Shown one piece after another: positions 33,497 through 48,342 of a DNA stretch of 64,000 bases. This DNA comes from Eledone cirrhosa (lineage: Eukaryota). The stretch is from positions 392,770,001-392,834,000 of the forward strand of contig OZ024741.1 of NCBI GenBank assembly GCA_964016885.1, given 5' to 3'. The notes under the pieces are model-generated. The model worked only from the letters and a program-made list of their open reading frames with translations, was not told the origin of the DNA and did not search any database. How positions within the stretch are numbered: position 1 is the stretch's first letter; each line of letters starts with the position of its first letter. The translations under genes were made by a program, and so were the position numbers.

Positions 33497-33720
33497 TAAA
33501 TAGCAGCCAAATTCAGGTGAATGGTATAAGTAGCCATCGAATGGACTTTACACGTGCTAGAAATAGCAAAATTCAAGGTGAAAGATAAAAAAAAAAAGTA
33601 GACATAGAAGTGGTCAGTAAACGTGTCAGAAATAGCAGCTATATTCAAGGCGAAAGGTCAAAAAGTGGACATCGAAGTGGACTTAACTCATGCTAGAAAT
33701 AGCAGCCAAATTCAAGATGA
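33497..33720 (+). repeat. Minisatellite of ~62-70 bp, about 3.3 units (AAATAGCAGCCAAATTCAAGGTGAA...)
   Basis: Four unit starts visible; the motif resembles the interspersed repeat at ~29450 and ~41980. Confidence 0.7.
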
Positions 33721-33919
33721 CAGGGATAGTGGATGTTCGACCATATGTATAAAATATATAAAAATATATAAAAATTTTGCAATATATCATAAATAATTAT
33801 AATAGTAAAAAGAATAGACAGTGTACAAGAAACAAATACTAAAAACACGGGTCGTTTTTAAACATTCTACATGTAAACATTGACAGTCAAGTCTCCTTCA
33901 AATCATGTCTTGAAACGGA

Positions 33920-34330
33920 AGGGCAATAGCAAAGGAGACATCTGGCCTTCTTAGTTCCCGAGCCGCCTCCCTACTCATTGTTATCAAGGAGGAGTTGACC
34001 ATTCGCAGGAATGAGCCCGCGAATTGGAAAAGCTATTTCAACGCATCTCCCTCGCTGACCTCCGAGTTAATGCTTTCTTCATTCTGTCCTCTGTGAGCAC
34101 GTAGCGGCTTGCACCTGGGGTTCGGCACGCCAGTGAGCCTTCTCCCACACCGTACGGGTTTGTATCATTGGGGTAGTGATAGTATAGGTTGCCGATATCT
34201 ACGACACCTGTCGACACACACAGATAAACTTATGAACAATCACCCATCTAATCATGAGTCGCTGATATACAAAACCACGGGACAATCACGGCTAGAACGA
34301 CTTTAATTATAAATCTTCCTGGTTCGGGTT
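33920..34330 (+). mobile_element. CRE-like non-LTR retrotransposon 3' end (restriction-like endonuclease)
   Basis: ETSG...RAASLL...ELEKLFQRISL...NAF; homologous to the 36700 and 51320 copies. Confidence 0.7.
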
Positions 34331-34569
34331 ACCATCGGGTTAAACTACAGATTTGTAGTTATTTACACTGAAGCTAAATAACTTTTATTTTTTTTTGTTG
34401 TTCAACTATTATTTTTAAAATATTTTGCATCATGTGACAATGGAAATCATGTAAATTAAATTTGAATTACGTTGGCTTTTATTTAGGAGAAAGAATTCCT
34501 GTCTTTTTTTTTTTTTTCCTCAATGGAAATAGAAACAATCGAATAAAACAGACCCTAACCCTCAGATCT

Positions 34570-34855
34570 AAAAAAGTCTAAAGTCTGTCTTAAGCCAGAA
34601 GTCTCATTTGGCCGGTGCTTATCCCGGTTTCATGGCGTGAAGCGACTGAGAGTACAAGACTCCCCCCTGGACAGGACGCCCGTCCATCGCAGGGTTAAAC
34701 CTCCAGCTATTGTTGGTACTCATTTCCAGCTGAGTATACTGGAGCAACGTGAAATGAAGTGTTTTGCTCAAGAACACAACACGCAGCCCAGGAATCGAAC
34801 CCACGACATTATGATCGTAAGTCCAACACCCCTTACCACTAGGCCACGTGCCTCC
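34570..34855 (-). mobile_element. Full-length tRNA-derived SINE with a V-domain-like segment
   Basis: A-box TGGCCTAGTGG, B-box GGTTCGATTCC, CCCTGCGATGGACGGGCGTCCTGTCCAGGG, (AGACTTT) tail. Confidence 0.85.
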
Positions 34856-34913
34856 ACTCCACCCTCTGATGCGTGTAACATAATGACAGAATACACACAC
34901 ACACACACACATG

Positions 34914-34963
<50 letters not shown>

Positions 34964-34975
34964 CATATATATATA

Positions 34976-35022
<47 letters not shown>

Positions 35023-35026
<4 letters not shown>

Positions 35027-35218
35027 CGAAGGAAATGTGGTAAGGAACCAGGTGGACCATAACGCACCAAAGTACTCAATACTTAGAGTAGTAGAGTGGG
35101 TAATAGGAACGAGTAGGACCCCGAGGACTGAGCTCAAGCCGTTTCGACGGCTAATTCTGGACTGAATTAGCCGTCGAAACGGCTTGAGCTCAGCCGTCGG
35201 GGTCCTACTCGGTCCTAT
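35023..35218. repeat. Short (TA)n-flanked element with terminal fold-back (35102-35218); related copy at 22790-22913
   Basis: Shared GTGGTAAGGAACC...GTACTCAATACTTAG; the hairpin contains the hammerhead 3' half GAAA-CGGC...GCCG-TC. Confidence 0.75.
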
Positions 35219-35837
35219 ATATATATATATATATATATATGTGTATATATATATGTGAGTGTATGTGTATAATAATGAAGCGAAGCTGTTGAACAGGATC
35301 GATACGGTCGTTTTCCCACTCACTCATAATTTAATTAAGTCGATATCATTAAGACATCAACCCAAGGAAATCCGAGTGGACACTTATACATTAATTAGAA
35401 AGAAAAACGATTTCGTGTGGGTAGAAAATTTTAGTTTCTGCGACTCCATCTACTAGCGGCAATCCAAGTGGAACTATAATGCACAGAAATTAGGTAACGT
35501 TATTGAGCATTACGTAATTGGCTAGAGTTGCGTCTTCAGCAGGAAATTAGCCTCTCTGGAACAGATGAGCTATTCACACACTGCTCCGATGTACACCGGC
35601 CAGTATGGTAGTAAAATAGGCCTTATATAGTGGATTCTTGATGTATATCGGGAGGTGACTACAGCTAAAAAAGGTACTCAATACGTTAGTAGAGTATAGG
35701 CATTTTTTTTTATCATAGAAATGATTTCTACATGACTAGAACTGTTTGTGTGTGTGTGTAAAAAGTAAACTGAAATATCAAAGCAAAGAACAATGAAGAA
35801 ATATATTATTTTAACGCTTGAAATAATAGGAAAAGAG

Positions 35838-35873
35838 TCTTAACATTTCGGACACTAATCCTTCATCAGAAGA
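35838..35873 (-). ncRNA. Minimal hammerhead motif (related degenerate copy at 49486-49519, plus)
   Basis: TCTT-CTGATGA-AGGATTAGTGTCC-GAAA-TGT-TA-AGA. Confidence 0.6.
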
Positions 35874-36699
35874 TAGAATGAGAAATTAAAGATGAAATAG
35901 AAAGATAGAGAGTAAGTAGAGGAAGGAACGGGAAAAAATGTTGAAAAAAAACACCAAATAACACACATGTGTATTTAGTCAGCCAAAATATAGGAACCGA
36001 TCGTCACACAGATCAGACCAAAGACACTGTCTCCGTTACTGATAGACATTATGTGCCAGTCACAGCAGGTAAATTGATCTCGGCGGGATTTAAAATCGTA
36101 GCGCTGAGAGCTGGAACAAATGCTAATGCAATTAATCCGACGCTCTAACCGTTCTAATGATTCACATAATCGGATGTTCCACTATTTCTGCAAGCATTGC
36201 ACACATTCCGCTTTAAAGTTTTAATATATTCAATTCCACGAGAAAATAAATGAATGTTTGTATATCAACCTCCAGTTTAAAAGAAATAATGGGAGTCACA
36301 CCACAAGAGCTCCCATTGCGATTGCTGCCAGAGATGTTCTACCAATTGTGCTAACACTATTTTTAGTTGTCAAACTCGTCTTTTGGAAATATACAGGCAC
36401 CATATCTTTACACATTTCTAAATGTGTGTGCGTGGGGACAACTTAATTTATATATATTGATATATTTATATCAGAATCAAAGGCTGGTTATCTCAGATGA
36501 CTATAGCTTCGTGCTAATAACGTGAATACCATTGGTTCAATTATCAGACTGCACAACTTTACTTTATTATTATCTAGATTTATACATTTAAGTTATTTTT
36601 GATTTTTTAAAGAAATGTTGAAACAAATAAAAACGAACAAACTAATAGTTTACATTTGATAAGTGTATAAATATATAGGTAGCGACGGAAACACTCCAA

Positions 36700-37300
36700 A
36701 ACTACATGAGAAGGTAGTAAGTATTAATTAATAATAAACAACTACACAAAAGTGTCGATTAATGTGCGAGGAAAGCAGTCATAGTATGTATAGAAAGAGG
36801 ACTATTAAAGGCTGATTGTGCGTCTGTGAAACATATACATATACACCAGGACCGAACACAAAGGATCCAAACTCCCACTGTCGCTGCTTGCGTCTCTCCC
36901 CATCCCTCACTATTATGAGCAATTGGTGACTCAGCCGCTGGTCGCTTCTCTGCTCCGGCAGACAGAATGGAGAAGGCGTTTCCTCGGAGGATGGGAGGGA
37001 GACGCACTGGAAGAGCCATTCCAGCTCGCGAGTCTCATACCTGCGGGTAGCCAACTCCTTGTCGATAGTGGTGAGTAGGGAGGTGGACCTAGAGCCATGG
37101 ACACCAGAAGTATCCACTACTACGGGCTCGACCGCAAACCTTACAAGGGGTTTACCATCACTGAACGGGAAGATGGTCATGTCGTCTGGCCTTTTGCCGT
37201 CCCCTCGGTCCAGCTCCATCGGCTCAAGCTGGGGGGAGGGGGAGCCTGCAACATCCAAGCCATGCTTTATGACCTTGTTGAGAGTAGCATGGTGTGGTTT
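36700..37300 (-). mobile_element. CRE-like retrotransposon 3' end (restriction-like endonuclease)
   Basis: HATLNKVIK...LEPMELDRGDGKRPD...DTSG...EWLFQ...ILRGNAFSIL. Confidence 0.85.
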
Positions 37301-39454
37301 TGGGGTTTTTTTTCGACCAAATTAAGAACCCATCGAAAGCAGAGTCGGGATCTGTGATATATGTACAAATGTCTGTCTGTGTCCCATCTCTTCTCTCGTA
37401 ACACCTTAAACATTTCTTCTCACTCTTCAGCACACTTCTTTGTATGCAGCTGCATCCCTTTTTCTTGTAGCTATCATCTGATTCTCCGCTATTACCACAA
37501 TGCTGACTTAATGTGTTTTACTACTCTACCTCTTACTATCACCCTCTTTCTATCATGACTGCCACGTCCCTTATCTTTCATTCTGCGTCTTTCCTTTCTC
37601 TATCGTTTTCTTACATGCAACCATTCTTTTAGTTTTTCTTTAGCTTTCGCTCTGCATGATGTATTCCTCACCCACTTAAAACTGTTTGTATTGCTTTTAA
37701 TTTAGACATACGGCCAGAAATATTATTGGACAGTGGGTGTAGCGGAGGGGAGGAGTCGATTAAATCGACTAATACTTGACTGGTAATTATTTTATCGACA
37801 CCGAAATGATTAAGGACATCAACAATACAACGGTAAAGTCGCTTTACAATTACAGTGTCAACTCCGCTGTTGTCATTTCTACTTACCTTTAGCGTCATTT
37901 GAACTCTTCTTATTGACACTGTCGTACAGATTACTCCTACCCACCAGAAATTTTGGTTAGAGGGAACAATCGATTATATCGATCACTACTGTATTGGTAA
38001 TTACTTTGTCGACATAGAAGAATGAAAGACATCAATAACGCTACGAAAAAAAACCCACTTCATTATTACAATGCCCATTCTATCGTTATCACTTCCGCTT
38101 GCCTTCAGTGTCATTTTAACTTCTCTTACTGAAACTACTATTAATCTTACTTCCACTATTCTACTTTTCCTCTCACTTTCAATTTTTGTCTTTCTTTTCT
38201 CTTACATTTTCTGTCTCTTCACTATCTATATAAGCCTGTAGGTTGAGGGGGAAAAGGAAGAGAGGAAGGCAGTACTCACTCCTGGTGCTCCTGGAGATGA
38301 GGGTTGTACATTTTTTCGGGGTGTGTACAACCCCCGTGTAACACCTTCCCCCTATTGGGGATTTCAATTGTTATTTGTTATTGTATTAATAGTTTTATTT
38401 TCATATACTTGTATGTAAACTCCCCATTTGTATTTGTCCCCTTCTTTTGTGCCCTCGTGGCTAATAAAGAAATTTATCTATCTCCTATTTTTTTTAGGGT
38501 TAGTCTTAACTGTCGATCTCTACATTTTGTTTATATATTGATATTTTAACTCGAATTCGACACTCAATACACATATTTGCAAATCTTTCAGTGATCATAT
38601 TTCTATCCTTATTTTAGCAATCGAATCTATATTTGCGGTTAGAGTTCTTTAGTTTTTCTGTAACTTAATATGAGGTATGTGTCAATGATGTTTTCACCAA
38701 TAATATCATAGAAACGATGTTCCACAACTCCACCATCCTCTACTGCGAAAGGCAAGTGAGCTCTGGGAGTAACAGAAACAGATGAGCAACAATCCTGCTT
38801 TAATCATGGCCAAGAGCTGGGAGCCCTTAAAATCTCTTTATGCTATTACTGTTAAAATTCAAAATCATGGTGCATTCTGAGCTGCTGTCATGGCAGGATT
38901 CAGAATTGCTTAAGGCTATGGTAGTTATAGATTTCATAAAGTTGGGATTTGTCTTAATTCTTAATAGCAATTACTTTTATTTATTCATGTATTGCAGCTG
39001 GCCAGTTTCAATATTTGGATGTAGATTATGTCTGGACATTCGCTTTCCACACATTAGAAGAAGAATTATATTTCCATTAAGGTTTAATCCCCGACACTGC
39101 GGCTTATATTATTTTTTAAAAATTATTTTAACGTTTAAAGTATTTCAAGAAAAAAGATAAAATATGTTCAATAATAGTTTCAAGCTATTTTTACTTTAAC
39201 TTATTCCCGTGTTCTTTTATAATACTCATGAATTAGCTACATGGCATTTACACAACTGAATTGTGAAATATACTATTCGTATTGATCGTATATGTGTAGC
39301 ACAGTACATTATACACTGCAATGCTATAAACGTTTTGGAAAAGAAATTAATTTCTTACATGAAAGCTAAGGTTTTAAGAGAAACCCAATGGTGTTCTATT
39401 AAACCGAATATGCCTTGATTAGGAACAGTTCATTTATATCTATAGATATTTTTC

Positions 39455-39484
39455 AACCTGAGCAACGGCGGATATTATTCTAGC
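39455..39484 (+). mobile_element. Probable Helitron 3' terminus
   Basis: Degenerate GC hairpin CCTGAGCAACGGCGG followed by CTAG. Confidence 0.45.
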
Positions 39485-42400
39485 TTCATGTATGTGTATG
39501 TGTGTATATTTACACGCACACGCACACACACACAAACACACACACACACACACTGATTTGGTAAAAGAAAACTTGTTTTTAAAATGTTTTGACTGGATAC
39601 TGTAATAATATTTTTTACGAATTTTACGAATATTATCAGGGAATATTACCAGGAGCCCAATTTAGTTACTCAAGCTTCTATTTGGATAATTTGAGAAATA
39701 GTGAAAGATTTGACATACTCACGAAATAATATTAATAATGAAATAATTCCTTTATTTAAAATATCTCAGCGTAAAATAGACTCTTATAGAAGGATGAGCG
39801 CCTAATTAAATTTGGGATATCACCTAGCAAACAGTTAGTGCCTTACAACTTCGATTTCTATCAGAAATAAGAACCAACAAATTGCTGGTGTCAATTTATT
39901 CAATAACATCCTCTTTCCTAGAAGAAATTATAATCGACAGAAGTTGCTAATTACTTTTCCGATCTTTAGCAGATTTCAATAATTAGTTGCTACAAGTATT
40001 CAAAAAGGATGTTTTCTTTTCGTAAGAATATAACGATCGCTATTGAGACTTTAGGATGAAATTATACATCAATCAATAATTGCTTCAGAGGTATCGGCAA
40101 TACAGAAAACAAACATTTCCTTGATGCAGAATGCATTTGATTACATTATACGAATCTTAAACATCAATTCTGATATACACGCGTGCACGCACACGCATAC
40201 ACATATATATGTGTGTATACACATACATTTATACACACACAGACACACATAAATATATATATATATATATATATACATATGCATACACACAAATTTACAT
40301 ATACACAATGTTTATATTGGAAAATTGCATTTTTCTCATAATTTTAACAAAACTATACTACCAATAGTTCATTATAAAGGGTGAGGGGGGGGCAGTGAAA
40401 TATTACATTAAACCTAACTGGTAAAATATATCTGGTGAAATTAAAATAGCAATTGCTACATTATAAATGAATATAAGCTCGATGTTTTACGTCATTAAAT
40501 TAGCTGTGTCTGATAAACTTTGGCAAGAAGCATCATGTTGAAAATCCAATTGACAGTTGAGATTTCCTTCTACATTCCCTGGTCAGGTTTCACTGACATA
40601 TACTTAAACATGATTACTCTAACCGTCTTTTCCGACGAAAATTGAATGTCTTTTTGTACAGAAGTTATTTAGTTCTGGTTACATTTTTATCCATTTAATC
40701 TTCTTGTACTGGGAATGATTCTTATTCCATTCGACAGGGAAGTTAGCGCATAACTCATCCTCTTATTTAAACACGCACCGAAATACATTTTTAAAACCAC
40801 ACCAAACTTCTTTGGGATCAATTTTGCTTTTCCGTGTTAAGATACATATCAATAATATATTACGAAAATGCAATCGATTACATACTCTTCTCTTACTAAA
40901 GAAATCATTATTATTGACACTAGTAAAAACCACTGCGGAATTCATATTTTGGGAATGGATTTTCTCTACAAAATCAGGAGTGTTTGACTACTAGAAAAAG
41001 AATTTGCATTCGCTATCATATAACAAACCTGTCTTTAGCTAGATGAAAGAATTCCAATTGGAAGAAAGCCATGTCCGGTATCAAAAAACCTCAGTCAAGC
41101 AAGTCATTATGATTTTTCCCGTTAGACTCCAGACATGTATGAACACAAATGAGTTAAGCCCACTGTCGGGCATGAAAGCAGAAATACCTGCCGATCGGAA
41201 CTAATTTGACAATAGGCAAGAGCCCGACAAAGGATATATTGATACTTGTTAATTTAATGAATGACTAGGATATAAATCAGAAAGGTTCAAGAAGATTTAT
41301 AGCATTAGTCTGAGAGACGTTGAGGGATAGGTTAGTGCGTCTAATGGTTGCCAAAGGTTAGTAGTCGTAATTGGCCCTAATTGGCCCTAGATTGATATAA
41401 ATGATTTTCATTAGTAGGCGAGCGTATTAAAATTCCATTTTAAGAGTGTAGGTACATCAGACTGAGAGTAAAAACAAAACAAAAACGCAGACAAATTTGA
41501 ATCACTAGTGTTAAAGCATATACATATATGTAGAGCTGGAGAGAGAGAGGGAGAGAGAGAGATGGGGGTGGGGGTTAAGGATGTATTCTTTCTTTTTATA
41601 AGAGAGATACCAGATTCTATGAGAGCATGCTACATGTTTAGATAGCTATTTTGGTATATGTAATAGAAACTGACTGAATGTAAGGGGTGTTATAGAAAAA
41701 ATAATGATAATGGAAATAAAGTTATTGATACTGTATTGTAGATTAGCGTGTTCACTAGAAATTCTCTGTTTTAAAAGGGAATTATACAATTATAGATTCA
41801 GAATACACCTAACAGGGTTTACTTGAATTACATTGATCATAGTCTAATTTTCGGAGAATACTTAAATAGATTACAGATCATCCATGAACGAGTATATCGC
41901 TGATCAAAGGCAACCCAGTCGTCTTTTAGGTGCATCTAGAACTACCGTTTCCCTTATTTTAAGGCGGTAGGTTATGAATTGAAAGATGTAGCTGTCATTT
42001 CTAGCATGTCAACTAACACGTAAAGACTCCCACTTTGAATTGATATCGACAGAAATATTCAGGTCACCTTTTTTTTTCATTTGAAAATATCAAACTACTG
42101 AAAGAAAATTACAACTAACCAAGTTCGACAACACAGGTATGGTATCGAAAATGTTAATAATAATTACATAACTATTAAAAACTTGGCTTATAAATCAAAC
42201 GATAACCAAATCAATGTTTAAATGATTACATGGCATCTCTAGCATGTACTGCATTTCAATATTGCTCATCTTTTAAGAGTTTTTGTAGTGAAATATTAAG
42301 GAATACTCAAAGACATCGATTAGATTATCTATCGCCAAAGGTAAACAGATCTGGGTATAGGATAAAGCGCTACATCTAATTATATGATATAATTTTAGCC

Positions 42401-42764
42401 AATTTTCTTGACATTAATTTTTTGTCTTGAGTGGGAATGAAAAATGCTGAAGAATCTACTCAAAGGCGACTCACGAGACATCTTTAAAATGTTAAGCGAA
42501 GAAAAAATAACAAACAACAAAGCCGATTTCTTTAACAAATGTATAACAGAAAACAAAAAGAAAGCTGGTTGAGTATTTTCCGTTAATCGCTGCTGATGAA
42601 ACCATTATTTATGATGCAATCACGACTGTGGTAAGGAAATTGAACATAACACTGCAGAATTTGTTGGAAATACCATCAAAATAATTTTTTACGGTCTAAA
42701 AATAATTAATTCCTCAACCTTAAAACTTATCTTCTGAGTCACTGAAAGTGGAAAGTTGTACATG

Positions 42765-43467
42765 TATAACGGAATACTCCTATATTTTACCGGCGAAGAT
42801 TCGAAACCGAATCTGAGCTTTCCCGCCTCTGGGACAATCTATCGTTGCAAGTTCTCGCCTTTGTCCTGTCAACGATGATAAATGTACATTCCATTTGACC
42901 TGTGACCCCAATCTCTTGGGAGATGCTAACCACAGGTCATAAATCAACCGCATATATCCATCCTTCTAACTTTAGCACTTATTATAAATACAAGGACTTA
43001 GGGAACCAAAAAAGGAGGCTCGAAGCAGCAGTCAAGAAGATAACTATGTAGCATCACCCTATCTTTCTCCTGGCCCTTACTGGCTTACCTTCTCAGCCAG
43101 ACAGCCAGCTATGCCTGCCTGACAGATTGACCATTACTACTATGAGAATAAGATAAACTAAGAATATGCACACACACACACGCATAGTAAGTTCATATTG
43201 TTATATTATACTCTCATCCTATTTTTCCTGCCATATTGTATCTGCAAGACACAACACAACTTATATATCATATAGTCTTCTCTGATACATGGATTCACGT
43301 TGGCTCGTAGAGCCAACAATTTAATGTAGCGACGGTTCATGTCATACATTTTATTACTCGATGTTCAAATCGAATATTGTTATTATAAAATAAACATTGT
43401 TAACTCAATCATGGCATTATTCTTTTCATCCAAACACTCATCAAATCAACACAACCTATCTGTTACA
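42765..43467 (+). mobile_element. Solo LTR (~703 bp) with CATG target-site duplication
   Basis: CATG|TATAACGG...CTGTTACA|CATG; imperfect terminal inverted repeat; TATAAATA near 42982 and AATAAA near 43389. Confidence 0.7.
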
Positions 43468-43514
43468 CATGTATAGAAGTATGACATTAACATGATTGCG
43501 ACGAAAACGCTGTT

Positions 43515-44250
43515 ACTCTTATTCATCTTATCTTAGGTTCTTCCGCGCCTTTCGGCACAACAGTAAGTAGTCGCCAACAATCACGATCAGCAGCGGCTTT
43601 TTCACATCCGTGCCAAGTGATGTTGACTGCCATCTGGTCTTTTTGGAACGTTCGTCGTCAGGTGATCCGCCGCATCCGTTTGCTGCCAGGTGGATTCCAA
43701 TTCATCACCGTTGGGCAGGCACAGAATATGGCCAGCCAAGCGGCACCGGCGATCCATGACCACCCTCTGCCGCGTCCATCTCCGCAGGATTTCCTCGTTT
43801 CACACTCGATTACGCCAGGACACGCGAAAGATCTTTCGTAGACACCTCTGGTGGAATGCGTTCAACCTCTCTCTATCTTTGCCGTGCTCTTCCAAGTTTT
43901 GCTCGTCAAAAGTACTTTCGGCAGCATGATGCTCTTGTACAGGCGCAGCTTGATCCTGGTGCTGATGCATGAAGACGACCAGACTGGGCGCATCCACTGG
44001 AAAACTGCGGCTCCTGTGCCGATCCGACAGTTGATGTCAAGCTCTGCGTCGCCATCGATTGCCAGGATGCTACCCAGATGGATAAAGTAATCGACTTCTT
44101 CCAGATCTTCTTGGCTGACTCTGACCGCTGAACCTGTGTTGTTAGCTGTCCTCATCACCTTGGTCTTTTTGGTGTTGATTCTCAGACCGATCTTTTCCGC
44201 ACTCTCTTAGTTTGGTGGTCCAGTTTTCTAGGCTTCTCGGGTACTCGCGG
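43515..44250 (-). mobile_element. RTE-clade LINE 3' portion
   Basis: KTKVM, LEEVDYFIHLGS, KLRLYKS, LNAFHQRCLRKIF; TAAGA-type tail. Confidence 0.88.
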
Positions 44251-44749
44251 CTTCTGTATGGGCATCCAAAGAATTTAAGGCTAGAGATAATGCTGAATAT
44301 TATAATACAGCTTTAACTAGAGCGGCCCATGGTCGAAATATTAGTTATAAGCCTAGGATTCATGATTGAGATGACCTCTAAGGAAATTCGAAAATTAGTC
44401 TTGGGAAGGGGAGAAACCCACTTAATACAGGGAGGGTTGAAGCTACTGTACCTAAACCCTTGGAATCTAGCACCACTATGCCTGCAGGAAAGGCACATAT
44501 CCCTTGGCATACGAATAAACGCAATACTCAAGAAGGGACTAACGCTGATACAAACCACCCTGGCCCCAGCGTCCCCAACCACAGGACACCGACTGGGGTA
44601 GATGGTGGAATACTCCCACCAACGGGAACAGAACAGCAAGCAGAAACTGTACCACGCAACGGGGCAGAAGCAGTGCTAGAGGCCGTAGGGCCCCACCAAC
44701 TCTTCAACGGCCTGGTGTCTACTCAACCCACACACCTAGGACCAGTCAT

Positions 44750-45430
44750 AGAAAAATATAATCCACCATACTCCGTGTGTCTGCCGACCAGCCTGGCCCA
44801 TTTATTCTTTAGGGTGCTTGATAAATGCTTCCCGAGGACCCACAGGTACCATAGAATGTTTAATAGGTACACTGTGAAGCTCTTGTACTCCACCACATTC
44901 AGCGTAGACCATCATATAGCTAGCATCAATAGGAATAGACTTAGGACATTTAGACAGGCACCAGCCGATTCTCTAGACACCCAGCAGAGTCCGGACGAGG
45001 AAAGCAGTAGGCCCGGACTGACCCAAGTAACACTAATCAACCCAGGGACCGGGTGCAAGTCACAGAGACAGACTGCTCCAACCTACCCAATGAGCACCCT
45101 GCAGTAAACATACAGGGGTTGACCACATCATGTAACTGCAGAAACCGCGTCTTGTGCCCCCTTACAATAATTGCCTGGTGTAAAACGTAGTTTACCAATA
45201 CAGGGTTACTCGACACATATATACATAGGTGCAACATCAACGAGCTCCAAAGACAGGTGGTATAATCACTGCCACACCTTTAATAGGATCAACAAAAGTA
45301 AAAGTACGACCCTTTCCAAACTGATCTGGAAGCTCAATCTGGACATGACTCCGTACTCTTTGGTATGGTTCAATGTTAGGTAAGTACCACTAGACTGAAG
45401 CGGGTCTGCGATTTGCAGCCGTGAAGGACA
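44750..45430 (+). pseudogene. Degraded Penelope-like (Naiad-type) linker + GIY-YIG endonuclease
   Basis: YNPPYS...FPRTHRYHRMFNR, CNCRNRVLCPL, YIGATST. Confidence 0.85.
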
Positions 45431-45962
45431 GGAACTTTCCTCAAGCTATACGGATAGCAACCCTACCACACTGAGTCCCAAATATACCAACCCCAACCAC
45501 AACTTCTATCTCTTCTCTTCTTGTCTCTATTAACATCTAGATGTATCCCGGACTAACTTAGCGGTTGGGCTCACGCCTTACTTTGCCTTGGATTTCCCCG
45601 CTTTCTCACTTCCTTTGTTCTACGTCTCTAACCACTAGCTATTTAGCGAGATATTATACGTTGGCAGAATCCAATCATGGGTATCTACACACTCCCACAT
45701 TTCTGCTCTCCGGGTTTCACACTCTACCCTCTATTTAAAATTTGGTTTTCCTAAGGATCAACTATCTCCAACCTAATTTCTTTCGCCCATAGTCGTCAAT
45801 ACAAACTGCGATAAGTAAAGTACAAATGGCATTCTTAATATAGGTTAGCATGCACATGTTATTTTAATTCTTCTAAAGAGTACATATGTGTGTGTATATA
45901 TGTATATATATATATATGTGTGTGTATGTTTGTTTATGTGTATATAGATATATGTGTACGTG

Positions 45963-46081
<119 letters not shown>

Positions 46082-46180
46082 CGGGACTTTGAAGAAAAAG
46101 TAGGTATATATCTGTGTCGATTACTTCTTCTTACTTTATAATTTGTTATATATGTATATATATATATATATTTATATATA

Positions 46181-46210
<30 letters not shown>

Positions 46211-46217
<7 letters not shown>

Positions 46218-46575
46218 AAAAAGGGATGAAATCGAAAATGCAACTGAAGTCTTATTTTTTTTTAAATATATATATTTATTTGGTTCCTTTACCGGTTTCG
46301 CAGTTCTTCTGCTTTTCAAAAGGTGAGTTGAGATGGAGGGTCTGTAGTTTTTCTCACAATGGCAGATGTGAGAAAAACCACAGACCCTCCATCTCAACTC
46401 ACCTTTTGAAAAGCAGAAGAACTGCGAAACCGGTAAAGGAACCAAATAAATATATATATTTAAAAAAAAATAAGACTTCAGTTGCATTTTCGATTTCATC
46501 CCTTTTTCTTTATACTTCCACTCGTGTAGGACACCTCGGTTATTTTTCATTTTGTAAAAAAAACCTCACTTTCTA
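46211..46575 (+). mobile_element. Non-coding hammerhead element with 5' fold-back (palindrome 46211-46514); second copy 55240-55545
   Basis: Near-perfect arms, (TA)n flanks, U3-A8 hammerhead at 46402-46439. Confidence 0.85.
46402..46439 (+). ncRNA. Minimal hammerhead with U3-A8 core (also 46286-46323 minus, 55371-55406 plus)
   Basis: CCTT-TTGAAAA-GCAG-AAGAA-CTGC-GAAA-CCGG-TA-AAGG. Confidence 0.75.
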
Positions 46576-46583
46576 ATATATAT

Positions 46584-46960
46584 ATATACGATATTAAACA
46601 AATGGAAACTATATTTATAAAACCATATTTATTTCATTATACATATTTCAGGGATACCATATTAAAAATATGGCATGCCTTCGTCAGATAAAATACAATA
46701 TATAAACAGTTTTATAAATAATTTTGACGTACCATATTTATGGTACGTCAAAATTATTTATAAAACTGTTTATATATTGTATTTTATCTGACGAAGGCAT
46801 GCCATATTTTTAATATGGTATCCCTGAAATATGTATAATGAAATAAATATGGTTTTATAAATATAGTTTCCATTTGTTTAATATCGTATATCTACTCCAA
46901 AAACTTGTCGAGTGCTTTATATCGGTTATAAAATATTTACTTGTTGTAACCCAACAATTT
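46584..46960 (+). repeat. Perfect fold-back palindrome (46584-46891) of the Penelope terminal repeat with hammerheads at 46781-46844 (plus) and 46631-46694 (minus)
   Basis: ATTTTAT-CTGACGA-AGG...CCT-GAAA-TATGTA-TA-ATGAAAT. Confidence 0.9.
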
Positions 46961-46973
46961 TAAATAAAACTTT

Positions 46974-48244
<1,271 letters not shown>

Positions 48245-48342
48245 CGTGTATGTGTGAGTGTGTGTATATATGATAAAATATTATAGTTGGTTTGAAGCAT
48301 TATATATATATATATATATAATGCTTCAAACCAACTATAATA

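Noticed and set aside
33497-33720. CRISPR-like repeat-spacer appearance
   Set aside because: The spacers are homologous to each other, the context is eukaryotic and no cas genes are present; it is a minisatellite.
34780-34855. tRNA gene
   Set aside because: A and B boxes are present but continue into a SINE body and tail; no complete cloverleaf.
40500-41300. Possible decayed coding sequence on the minus strand
   Set aside because: Multiple stops and no motif I can recognise; needs a translated homology search.
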